Assembly (NCBI GenBank): GCA_964404675.1
Contig: CAYOLB010000348.1
Location: forward strand, 1-42,705
Length of the DNA: 42,705 nt
Direction of reading: 5' to 3'
Source of the DNA: an uncultured Atribacterota bacterium
GTDB lineage: Bacteria; Atribacterota; Phoenicimicrobiia; Phoenicimicrobiales; Stramentimicrobiaceae
Both the position numbers and the translations under genes were made by a program. Shown here piece after piece: positions 1 to 7,638 of this stretch. The notes under the pieces are model-generated. The model ran no database searches. It was not told the DNA's origin and worked only from the letters and a program-made list of their open reading frames with translations. Each line of letters begins with the position of its first letter. Positions within the stretch are counted from its first letter, which is position 1.

Positions 1-346
1 AGAAGATAAAAGCAAATTCATTAATGAAGCAGAGGGTTACTATAATGATGTTATCCCTGATGCAAGAGGCGAAGCCGTCGAGATTACTAAAAAAGCAGAA
101 GGTTATAAAATCGAGAGAATTAGAAAGGCTGAAGGTGATGTGGCAAAGTTTAACCAGATTCTAAAGGAATATCAAAAAGGGAAAGAAGTAACAAAGTACC
201 GCTTGTATATTGAAACCATGGAATCAATTTTGCCTGGTATGAACAAATTTATTATGGAAAACAGTGATGACGAGGGTTTACTGAAATTTTTACCCCTTAA
301 TGAACAATCATGGCAGGACGCACCGGGGAAGGAGGTTGTTCAATAA
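1..346 (+). CDS. hflK: HflK (FtsH protease modulator, SPFH/band-7 family), C-terminal fragment; 5' end lies outside the window
   Basis: The frame from nt 2 is open to the TAA at 344-346. It translates to ...GEAVEITKKAEGYKIERIRKAEGDVAKFNQ...YRLYIETMESILPGMNKFIM..., which matches the HflK C-terminal conserved block (RLYIETME). The stop overlaps the hflC ATG at 346. Confidence 0.8.
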   Translation, partial: EDKSKFINEAEGYYNDVIPDARGEAVEITKKAEGYKIERIRKAEGDVAKFNQILKEYQKGKEVTKYRLYIETMESILPGMNKFIMENSDDEGLLKFLPLNEQSWQDAPGKEVVQ

Positions 347-1206
347 TGAAAAAGAATTTATTTTTAGTTATCTTAATCCTGTTAATCCTCATTGCTAATT
401 TTTCCTTATTTGTTGTTGATGAGACTAAACAAGCTATTATTCTACAATTTGGTAAACCGATAAAGGCAATTCAGGAAGCAGGATTATACATTAAAATCCC
501 CTTCATTCAAAATGTGGTTTTATTTGAAGGAAGACTTCTTATTTATGATGCACAGCCAACTGAGATTATTACCCGTGATAAGAAAACCCTGATTCTTGAT
601 AACTATGCCCGCTGGAAAATTGAAGACCCATTGCTTTTTCTGCAAACCGTAAGAGATATTAATGGAGCCCAGGCCCGCCTGGATGATGTTATCTATTCCG
701 AACTCAGGGTAGATTTGGGAAAATTTGACATGAGTGAGATTGTTTCCCAAAAAAGAACCGAGATTATGCAAACAGTTACCGAGCGAAGCAACGAAAAATC
801 AATGGAATATGGGATTAACATTGTTGATGTCAGGATAAAACGTGCAGACCTACCTACTGAAAATGAACAGAACATCTTTGCCAGGATGGAGGCAGAGCGG
901 GAAAGAATTGCCAAGCAATACCGTGCCGAAGGAAGAGAAGAGGCTGCAAAAATTGTTGCGGAAACCGAGAGAGAAAAGACTGTTATTTTAGCTGAAGCTT
1001 ATAAAGAAGCGCAAAATTTGCAGGGTGAAGGAGAAGCTGAATCAATTAGAATCTATGCTGAAAGCTTTAATCAGGACCCACAATTTTACCAATTCTTAAG
1101 AACACTGGAATCTTATGAAAACAGTTTTAGTGACAGTACCACTATTCTACTCTCACCTGATAATGAATACATCAAGTATATTAATCAAATAACGGTTGAT
1201 GAGTAA
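346..1206 (+). CDS. hflC: HflC (SPFH/band-7 membrane protease modulator)
   Basis: The protein MKKNLFLVILILLILIANFSLFVVDETKQAIILQFGKP... has an N-terminal TM helix followed by an SPFH domain and a coiled-coil, typical of HflC. It is overlap-coupled to hflK. The ORF-track start at 310 is an upstream in-frame extension. Confidence 0.85.
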   Translation: MKKNLFLVILILLILIANFSLFVVDETKQAIILQFGKPIKAIQEAGLYIKIPFIQNVVLFEGRLLIYDAQPTEIITRDKKTLILDNYARWKIEDPLLFLQTVRDINGAQARLDDVIYSELRVDLGKFDMSEIVSQKRTEIMQTVTERSNEKSMEYGINIVDVRIKRADLPTENEQNIFARMEAERERIAKQYRAEGREEAAKIVAETEREKTVILAEAYKEAQNLQGEGEAESIRIYAESFNQDPQFYQFLRTLESYENSFSDSTTILLSPDNEYIKYINQITVDE

Positions 1207-1225
1207 TTAAAGGCTCTAGATAAGA

Positions 1226-1278
1226 TGGGTCTTTCGAATTTCTAAATCTTCAAAGCAGAAAATTGTTCGAAAGACCTA
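1226..1278. terminator. Long-loop hairpin (13-bp stem including GGTCTTTCGAA/TTCGAAAGACC, 27-nt loop) followed by a T-rich run; putative terminator between convergent hflC and the fusion gene
   Basis: Inverted repeat 1226-1238 / 1266-1278 read directly from the sequence, followed by CTATTTATTTAT on the plus strand. Confidence 0.35.
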
Positions 1279-1324
1279 CTATTTATTTATAACAGTGAAT
1301 ATCATACCCACATAGAAGGCGGCT

Positions 1325-2974
1325 TTAATAGCCTTCTTCGAGGTTAATCTTATTTTTCGGCGCTTCTCCATAGAATATTCGGGAAATATTGTGATAGACA
1401 GATAGAATATTTTCTTCAATAGCCTTATCACTATAACCAGCATTGTGAGGTGTCATAATAATATTTGATAATTCATGAAAAGGATATTTGCTGGGCAATA
1501 TTTCACGATGGTTTTTATCAGGATATTGATACCAGGTATCTATAGCTGCACCTTCAAGAGTACCATTTTTTAAATTCTGGTACAATGCTTTTTCATCAAC
1601 AACCTTCCCCCTACCAATATTAATAAGGTACTTCCCTTTCATCTTTTTTAAGATATTTTCATCAATCATATTTTCAGTGCTATCAGTAAGAGGCACAGCT
1701 ATTATTATAAAATCTGATTTTTCAATAACATATTCTAATTGCTCATAATTGCCTAGAAAAGTTAACCCATATTTTTTATCTATTTTTTCTTCTCTCTGAA
1801 AAGAACGTTTAATAGCATAAATATTCATTCCGAATGACAATGCCCTTTTGGCAATTTCCAACCCGATAGAACCAAAGCCAATAATGCCTAAATTTTTTCC
1901 ATGGAGCTGTATTGTAGGTTCTTTGGTAATAAAACCATGCCATTTCCCTTGTCTCAGATCTTTATCATTGTTAACCAAATTTTTGGCCAGTGCTAATAAC
2001 AGGCAAATGGCATGTTCAGAAACAGCATGATTATTACCATGTGTGTTACATACAGTTATATTGGGAAATTTTTTAAAAGCATCTAAATATACTTTGTCCA
2101 CTCCTGCAAAGGGTATTTGAAAAAGTTTCAAGTTCTTTGCAATTCTAATGTCTTCTTCTGTTAAATCTCCTCCCACAATAATCTCAGCTTTGCTAATTTG
2201 TTTTTTCTGTTCATCTTTTTCTGGGGCTAAAAAAATTAAATTAAGTGGCAACTGACCTTTTTTATTGAATTTTTCTAACATTTCTAACCAATAATCCTGA
2301 CTGACCATTTTACTTATTATTAGAACATTCATTCTTTTACTCTTTTTTTGACCATTTATTTTTTTTGAATTCTGTAAATATTTCCGTGCAGCTACAATAT
2401 GCTTGCACTCTAAATTCCATTTTTTGCAATGGTTTTGGAAATCATAGCAATCGCATTCCGGGACTTCCAGATTAACATGGTAAATGTTATTATTATCTTT
2501 ATTTCTAACTAAGAATATATCCCCTTCTCGGGAAACATCCAGATTGTTTGCAGCCATTGCCCTACTATTCTGTTCTTCCTGAACCAATAACTTCCTTGCT
2601 AGATTATCAGCCAATTTATTTTCTTCTCTTCGATTCCAGATAAAAAAAACAGGAGCCTTAATCTCATTTAATAGTTCCTGTATTCTCTGATAAAGAGCAA
2701 CAATTTTATTATTTCTTACCTTAAACTGTTTATTCAGTTGTTTTACTACTAACTGACTATCACAATAAAATTCAATTTTTTCTGCAGGAATATCTCTAAC
2801 TTCCTCTAAGCCTTTGATTACAGCATGGTATTCAGCTATATTATTGGTTCCTTTCCCAACAATTTCATTAACTTTTTTAACCAGACTACCATCTTTATAA
2901 ATAACGACACCTATAGCCATTTTACCAGGATTTGGTATACAGGAACCATCTACTCGTACCAATAATTTTGACAT
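1325..2974 (-). CDS. Tri-domain fusion protein: N-terminal RNase H-like (RVT_3/type-1 RNase H, DEDD intact), central SWIM zinc finger, C-terminal D-isomer-specific 2-hydroxyacid dehydrogenase (NAD-binding)
   Basis: aa 1-135: VRVDGSC (D9), NNIAEYH (E48), YCDSQLVV (D72), KLADNLA (D123), the RNase HI catalytic tetrad. aa 174-192: CDCYDFQNHCKKWNLECKHIVAA, the SWIM CxCxnCxH motif. aa ~225-549: GKNLGIIGFGSIGLEIAKR (GxGxxG Rossmann), INIGRG (catalytic Arg), MTPHNAG (catalytic His). It is a single uninterrupted 549-aa ORF. AGGAGAAT sits 8 nt upstream of the ATG. Confidence 0.85.
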   Translation of the reverse strand: MSKLLVRVDGSCIPNPGKMAIGVVIYKDGSLVKKVNEIVGKGTNNIAEYHAVIKGLEEVRDIPAEKIEFYCDSQLVVKQLNKQFKVRNNKIVALYQRIQELLNEIKAPVFFIWNRREENKLADNLARKLLVQEEQNSRAMAANNLDVSREGDIFLVRNKDNNNIYHVNLEVPECDCYDFQNHCKKWNLECKHIVAARKYLQNSKKINGQKKSKRMNVLIISKMVSQDYWLEMLEKFNKKGQLPLNLIFLAPEKDEQKKQISKAEIIVGGDLTEEDIRIAKNLKLFQIPFAGVDKVYLDAFKKFPNITVCNTHGNNHAVSEHAICLLLALAKNLVNNDKDLRQGKWHGFITKEPTIQLHGKNLGIIGFGSIGLEIAKRALSFGMNIYAIKRSFQREEKIDKKYGLTFLGNYEQLEYVIEKSDFIIIAVPLTDSTENMIDENILKKMKGKYLINIGRGKVVDEKALYQNLKNGTLEGAAIDTWYQYPDKNHREILPSKYPFHELSNIIMTPHNAGYSDKAIEENILSVYHNISRIFYGEAPKNKINLEEGY

Positions 2975-3002
2975 AATTCTCCTCTTTTTTAACAGTAAAA
3001 AA

Positions 3003-3464
3003 TCAATACAATTCTTTTCTAAGTAATTGTTTTAACTGTTCCACTTGACTGGCAACTAATACTTGTTTTTTGTCTATATAATAATCAATCCAGGCACCTA
3101 CCTCAAAACGGAATAGTATTACCTTTTTACCATGATTTAGGGCTAATGCTATTTCTGAGATTGTTCCAGCCATACCTGGTAAGGCAATAACAATATCACT
3201 GCTTAAAATATTAATAACATTTCTTGCTAGGCCCATTCCAGTTACAATTGGGATATCAATATACTGAGATACAGAATTAGCATTGTCAGATGGTAAAACT
3301 CCCACTGTAATCCCACCGTTTTCTCTGGCACCTTTGGCTGTAGCCTCCATAACTCCGGAAGGTCTCCCGCCATTCAACAATACCCAGCCTTCCAGAGCAA
3401 TCATCTTCCCGATTTGATAGGCATATATTTCTTCATCATTGTCAACAAAGTGTGCACCACCCAT
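3003..3464 (-). CDS. LOG-family / TIGR00725-type Rossmann nucleotide-binding protein (SLOG superfamily). The true start is probably a non-ATG codon (ATT at 3489-3491) upstream of the ORF-track ATG
   Basis: Motifs GGRPSGVMEATAKGARENGGITVGVLP and ALPGMAGTISEIALAL correspond to the LOG GGGxxGLMGAxA and PGGxGTxxE signatures. The conserved N-terminal kkIIIGVmGG block lies in-frame upstream of the annotated ATG and is preceded by GGAGGA (3496-3501). Its stop is 28 nt upstream of the fusion gene start, so the two are probably one operon. Confidence 0.75.
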   Translation of the reverse strand: MGGAHFVDNDEEIYAYQIGKMIALEGWVLLNGGRPSGVMEATAKGARENGGITVGVLPSDNANSVSQYIDIPIVTGMGLARNVINILSSDIVIALPGMAGTISEIALALNHGKKVILFRFEVGAWIDYYIDKKQVLVASQVEQLKQLLRKELY

Positions 3465-3664
3465 AACACCAATTATTATTTTCTTTATAATATTATCCTC
3501 CGTTTATACTATCTTTAATATCTCTAAATCATAGTATAAAACAAATGAGATATTTAATTTTATGTATATAATATTATATAATTAATTTAATTACAAAATT
3601 ATCCAAATTATTTCCTAAAATCTGCTAGATGTAATATTTGACATTTTTTCATAAACAGCTAAAA

Positions 3665-3673
3665 TGTTATAAT
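3665..3673 (+). promoter_or_regulatory. Extended -10 element TGtTATAAT. A TTGACA at 3638-3643 lies 24 nt upstream, too far to serve as a -35. Candidate promoter for the 3750 gene.
   Basis: The sequence aaaaTGTTATAATtgag was read directly. It lies 77 nt upstream of the ATG at 3750. A minus-strand promoter for the LOG operon must also lie in this 285-nt AT-rich divergent region. Confidence 0.4.
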
Positions 3674-3749
3674 TGAGAATGGAATTTAAATAAGTATTTT
3701 TTCAAAACATGAAAATTTCTATTTCTCAATTAGTGAGGGGTTTTTAAAT

Positions 3750-4478
3750 ATGGATAAAAGAATACAATATGCCTTTGAGAATTCAGAGGTATTAAAATGG
3801 CCTAAACAACTACTCTCTTCCTTTGGGTCATCTGAGGTACATTATCATGTGTTAACTGAGCCAGTCTACCAGGAGTTTACCAAGGGTGTTAGTGAGACAG
3901 TTGTCAGAGAGGGAAAAGTAAGCTGGTACAGGCCACAGTTATTAACGCCAGACTATATTCTTAGAATCGAGGGGTTCAGTGATGAGGCAAGAAGTGCCTT
4001 TTCATCCCTGGCCAATGAAATGCCTGATATAGCAAGTATTTTATATCGTTTTCAATTTAAAAGAGAAGTTGATTCTATGAATTTCGTCAGTGGGAGCTTG
4101 GAGTCAGTCGCTGATAAGGTCTCAAGAGATATTGACAAAAGAGGCGACAATCTATCTGCAGTTATAAAAGGCGTTGGAGACTTGTGGGATATTTCTCTTT
4201 CAAAATTTATTCTTGATATGATGACCAGAAGTGCCCGACAATCCCAATTTCCTGAACTTCGAAAAAGAGGTTTGATTTCCTATAATCGATTTGGGCAACA
4301 GGTAGTCTCCAAAGATAACAGCGGGATTCCTATTGTGGCCAGGAGAGAGATTGAAGCCATGTTTGAAAAGGTCAAAAACGGAGAAATAGAACCAAAAGAC
4401 CTAAAAGGAGAATTGGATAGATGGGGTTTATTTGAAATATATCAGGATCGCTTTTTTGACCTGTTTAAAAGGAGGTAG
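3750..4478 (+). CDS. Hypothetical protein (242 aa), no recognisable family, no Cys, predicted soluble
   Basis: It is a long ORF with a GAGGGG RBS 9 nt upstream. Local GC and codon usage look protein-coding. It is the first gene of a coupled pair. Confidence 0.6.
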   Translation: MDKRIQYAFENSEVLKWPKQLLSSFGSSEVHYHVLTEPVYQEFTKGVSETVVREGKVSWYRPQLLTPDYILRIEGFSDEARSAFSSLANEMPDIASILYRFQFKREVDSMNFVSGSLESVADKVSRDIDKRGDNLSAVIKGVGDLWDISLSKFILDMMTRSARQSQFPELRKRGLISYNRFGQQVVSKDNSGIPIVARREIEAMFEKVKNGEIEPKDLKGELDRWGLFEIYQDRFFDLFKRR

Positions 4479-4484
4479 GTAATT

Positions 4485-5078
4485 GTGTCTCATATTAAAT
4501 CAGCATTGGAAATAGCTTTGGAAAAATCAAAAAAAATTAATAAATTAAGTCCACAAGAATTATCTGAGATAAAGCAAGAGAAAAAAATTGATAGTATTCT
4601 GGCTAAATATTACAAGAATCAGATTGAATCAGATGAGTTATGGAAAGTTCTAAAGGGTTTTTCAAATAAACTCTTAATTAAGGCTCAAAATAATTTTATA
4701 CAGTCTTTATCCTTTCAGAGCAACGACTATGAAATTGAAAAAAGAAAAAACGGAATACTGGCTATTGAAAACTTGAAGGAAGATAATCAGTCATCAAATA
4801 TAGAAATATACCTTGAACAGTTAAAAAATATAAGGGATGAATTCCAAAAAAACAAAGAAAAGATAATTGAAAATTTGAAAGAAGAATTAGAAAGAGACCC
4901 TCAGAAAAGGCTACAGACCTTGCAGCAAGGAAATCAGATTGTAATAAAACAGTTAAGCTTGGAAGAGGCATTGGAACAAAATACCCAATTGAAACAAAAC
5001 CTTAATCATTTTGAGAAACAATTAAAAGAAAAATTCAATCTGGTTAAAGAAAAATTGAGTGAAATTATTAATGAATAA
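4485..5078 (+). CDS. Hypothetical coiled-coil protein (197 aa, K/E/Q-rich heptad-like repeats); GTG start coupled to the upstream gene
   Basis: AGGAGG lies 9 nt upstream of the GTG at 4485. It sits 6 nt after the stop of the 3750-4478 gene. The protein reads EIKQEKKIDSILAKYYKNQIESDELWK...LEQLKNIRDEFQKNKEKIIENLKEELERD. Confidence 0.55.
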   Translation: MSHIKSALEIALEKSKKINKLSPQELSEIKQEKKIDSILAKYYKNQIESDELWKVLKGFSNKLLIKAQNNFIQSLSFQSNDYEIEKRKNGILAIENLKEDNQSSNIEIYLEQLKNIRDEFQKNKEKIIENLKEELERDPQKRLQTLQQGNQIVIKQLSLEEALEQNTQLKQNLNHFEKQLKEKFNLVKEKLSEIINE

Positions 5079-5084
5079 ATAATA

Positions 5085-5125
5085 AGCAAATATTACACCC
5101 GTAATGATGGTGTGATATTTGCTTA
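5085..5125. terminator. Bidirectional intrinsic terminator between convergent genes (16-bp stem, 9-nt loop, U-rich runs on both strands)
   Basis: AAGCAAATATTACACC-cgtaatgat-GGTGTGATATTTGCTT gives 16 bp with one G-U wobble. It is followed by ATTTAATTCTTCTTT on the plus strand and by A/U-rich sequence on the minus strand. Confidence 0.7.
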
Positions 5126-5164
5126 TTTAATTCTTCTTTACTATTTAGAAACTATTTATTACTA

Positions 5165-6838
5165 CTATGGTAAATCAATAATCTGAATATCTCTGGGATG
5201 GATAACAGAATAAGTAATACTGATTTCACTCTTTTCCTGGGGTTCAAGTAAGACTTCCCACATCCAGACCCCTTCTTTATCTTCCCAATTTTTTACCTGA
5301 GGCTCTTTACTAATCTTATCAATATTCACCTGGATTCTATCATCCTCAGAAACGGGCATATTTTCGAAAGTATGGCATAATGATTGTATATCCTGGTAAT
5401 TTTCAATTGTAATTTTATATTCATACTTTGTTGCAATTTTTGAGGAAGGTATAGTCGCAATCAATGTTTCATCCCTAAATTTTTTAACCAATTCCCTTTT
5501 AACTTTTAGGTTTTCTGCAATACCTAAAGAAACATCAAAATCATTTCCCGGAGGTATATAGCCTATTGATGTATTCCCGGTAAATCCCCCTTCTATAAAT
5601 ATGTTCATTTCGCCTGGTAGTAAGGGAATATCCAAATTATTATCAACATATACATTAAAATACACAAAAGAACTCTTTCTCGGATAAGCCCTGTAATTAA
5701 ACTGGCCATTCAATTTATCTTCAGATATAAAAACTTTTTCTTGGCTGCTTCCTGATGGGATAGAAACACTTTGGGGAATTTTATAGGTAACACTTGTTCC
5801 TTTATACTCAACAGGTATCAATTGTTCTTCTTCTTCGATAACAATATCTTCAGAAACTGCATCATATTCTCCCCGGGCAAACATAGGCAACATTTCTACT
5901 GATTTTTGAATATTTTCGTCAATCTTGTAAGGCCTCAAAAACCAGGGATCTATTGGAGGCAATTGTCCTGATACAGTTGGTCTGGCTGTGGATAAGGAAA
6001 TTTGTACATTTTCCCAATCTATTCCTGTTGATTGGCCAATAAGTGCATAAGTCACTATTGCAATTTTATCATTCTTCAGGTCTGTTTTTATATCATAAAC
6101 AGGACGCCAATTTATCCCATTATTTAATAGATAAGATACCAGAATACTTACATTGGTTTTTTGATATACTTCTAAATCCAAACCTATAACTTTTTTTGTC
6201 TCTCTTTGTTCATTGGAAATTTGCTGGAGTCTTTTCTGTAAAAGAGCCACTTTGTCTTGATAAGATTCTATTTGAAAATCCTGGTTTAAAAGCTGTTCGT
6301 AATTTACACTTAATTTCTTATCTAAGAAATTATAAATTGCTTCAAGCTGTTCTGTGGAAGGTATGGTATTTGTTGAATCCTGTTTTGTTCTTTGTTCTTG
6401 GAATAAATAAATAATTGAATTTAAAAATTCTTTCTTATCTTGCAGGCTATTCTTTTGCATAGTGATAATCCTTATCTTTTTTTCTAGTTCCTTAATTTCG
6501 TCCTGCAATTGTTTTATTCTGATTGATTGTTCTTCCTCAACATACAATGTTTCAACACTGACTCCTTTAATCTTTGCCAATTCATTATTATTGTCTTCCA
6601 ATTCTGCCTTGATTGTTTTTTCATCGAATTTCTCCAAAATATCATCAATGACAACACGATAAAGACCACTATCCAGCCCTATGAGGGCTTGCCTTGTCAA
6701 CATGGCAGAATTAGGATAGATATAAACATGTTTGATTTTTGAACCTGTACTAATTTCTTGCTGTAAAACAGTACATGTAAAAGAAAAAAATAACATCAGA
6801 ATAAGCGCATAAAATGTAATATTTTTTATCATCCTCAT
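5165..6838 (-). CDS. Secreted protein with signal peptide, N-terminal coiled-coil and a beta-rich C-terminal region; architecture resembles the DUF4140/DUF4139 (MuiA-like) family
   Basis: It starts MRMIKNITFYALILMLFFSFTCTV (signal peptide). Residues ~70-220 are a long K/E/Q-rich coiled-coil. The remainder is rich in Y/N/G/T. The family call rests on architecture only. Confidence 0.4.
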   Translation of the reverse strand: MRMIKNITFYALILMLFFSFTCTVLQQEISTGSKIKHVYIYPNSAMLTRQALIGLDSGLYRVVIDDILEKFDEKTIKAELEDNNNELAKIKGVSVETLYVEEEQSIRIKQLQDEIKELEKKIRIITMQKNSLQDKKEFLNSIIYLFQEQRTKQDSTNTIPSTEQLEAIYNFLDKKLSVNYEQLLNQDFQIESYQDKVALLQKRLQQISNEQRETKKVIGLDLEVYQKTNVSILVSYLLNNGINWRPVYDIKTDLKNDKIAIVTYALIGQSTGIDWENVQISLSTARPTVSGQLPPIDPWFLRPYKIDENIQKSVEMLPMFARGEYDAVSEDIVIEEEEQLIPVEYKGTSVTYKIPQSVSIPSGSSQEKVFISEDKLNGQFNYRAYPRKSSFVYFNVYVDNNLDIPLLPGEMNIFIEGGFTGNTSIGYIPPGNDFDVSLGIAENLKVKRELVKKFRDETLIATIPSSKIATKYEYKITIENYQDIQSLCHTFENMPVSEDDRIQVNIDKISKEPQVKNWEDKEGVWMWEVLLEPQEKSEISITYSVIHPRDIQIIDLP

Positions 6839-6979
6839 ATTTTATAACACCTTCCCCTTAGACAGTTTTAACCTCTAATCTTGATAATTAAGTAGTTTTG
6901 TGTTATACAACCAAAAGCTAAAATATTATTATATCCTTGATTATAGATTTTTAGATTACTTCTTTATTTCTCCTTAATA

Positions 6980-7504
6980 TTATATTTCTCCCCTGACCTT
7001 AAAAAAGATTATTGCGAAATCTTCTATCATTCTGTTTATTTCATTCCTAGCAATCTGGTTTATTTCTCTTTCATCACAAACTCCCAGTACCTCATCACTC
7101 CAGATCTCATAGTTTTCATAATTTCCTGCCTTGCACTCAATAAAATACGCAATCGTGTTGTTTTCTCCAGATATCCATACTCTAAACCAGATGCTGCCAA
7201 CTTTTTTTACCTTTTCTTCTTCCTGGAAGATTGATGATTCTTCAGAACTAATTTCTTGGTATTCAATCCCACTAAAATTATTTTTATATCTCAATTTGGC
7301 ATAATCAGTAAGGTCATCACTGTTTAATCCAATTAAAGCAGCACGCTCACCCTGTACTTTTACATAAATATAACCAAAACTCTCTATCTCTGAAAAATCG
7401 CCATATAGTATATCTGTAATGCTTTTTTGTGCACTGACAATACAAGTAACAGAAAAAACCAACATCAATAGCATTGCCATAAAAATAATGAACTTTTTTA
7501 ACAT
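6980..7504 (-). CDS. Secreted hypothetical protein (174 aa) with N-terminal signal peptide
   Basis: It starts MLKKFIIFMAMLLMLVFSVTCIVSA. GGGAGAAGGG RBS lies upstream. It is on the same strand as, and 141 nt upstream of, the 5165-6838 gene. Confidence 0.55.
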   Translation of the reverse strand: MLKKFIIFMAMLLMLVFSVTCIVSAQKSITDILYGDFSEIESFGYIYVKVQGERAALIGLNSDDLTDYAKLRYKNNFSGIEYQEISSEESSIFQEEEKVKKVGSIWFRVWISGENNTIAYFIECKAGNYENYEIWSDEVLGVCDEREINQIARNEINRMIEDFAIIFFKVRGEI

Positions 7505-7573
7505 TTTAATACCCTTCTCCCTAAAAAAAATGATTCTGCTGCAATATCTCTCAACATATCACCCTTTAAAGAG

Positions 7574-7626
7574 GTTCCCAATCCTCATATTCTTGTTATT
7601 GTGAGCAATATATGAAAATTGGGAAC
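7574..7626. terminator. Nested imperfect hairpin (GTTCCCAAT ... ATTGGGAAC outer arms, TCATAT/ATATGA inner arms) immediately downstream of the flavodiiron gene stop
   Basis: Inverted repeats were read directly. The flanking U-tract is weak, so this may be a terminator or an RNA-stability element. Confidence 0.3.
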
Positions 7627-7638
7627 AAAAAATTATCT

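Noticed and set aside
310-345. The ORF-track 5' extension of hflC (MAGRTGEGGCSI...) overlaps the hflK 3' end.
   Set aside because: This part is the out-of-frame tail of hflK. MKKNLF at 346 is the natural start, with a TM helix immediately following.
520-914. Antisense ORFs 520-771(-) and 693-914(-) lie inside hflC.
   Set aside because: They overlap a well-supported conserved gene on the opposite strand. They show no motifs and have low-complexity composition.
1848-2030. A plus-strand 60-aa ORF lies inside the fusion gene.
   Set aside because: It is antisense to the conserved 2HADH domain. It has no RBS or motif.
4762-4971. A minus-strand 69-aa ORF lies inside the coiled-coil gene.
   Set aside because: It is antisense. 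Its hydrophobic, low-complexity sequence is typical of the reverse strand of K/E-rich coding sequence.
6196-6742. Three plus-strand ORFs (6196-6414, 6462-6662, 6527-6742) lie inside the DUF4139-like gene.
   Set aside because: They are antisense to a long ORF with a signal peptide and consistent coding features. Each is probably spurious.
7419-7604. A plus-strand 61-aa ORF overlaps the start of the 174-aa secreted protein gene.
   Set aside because: It overlaps the start and RBS of a better-supported gene. It has no homology.
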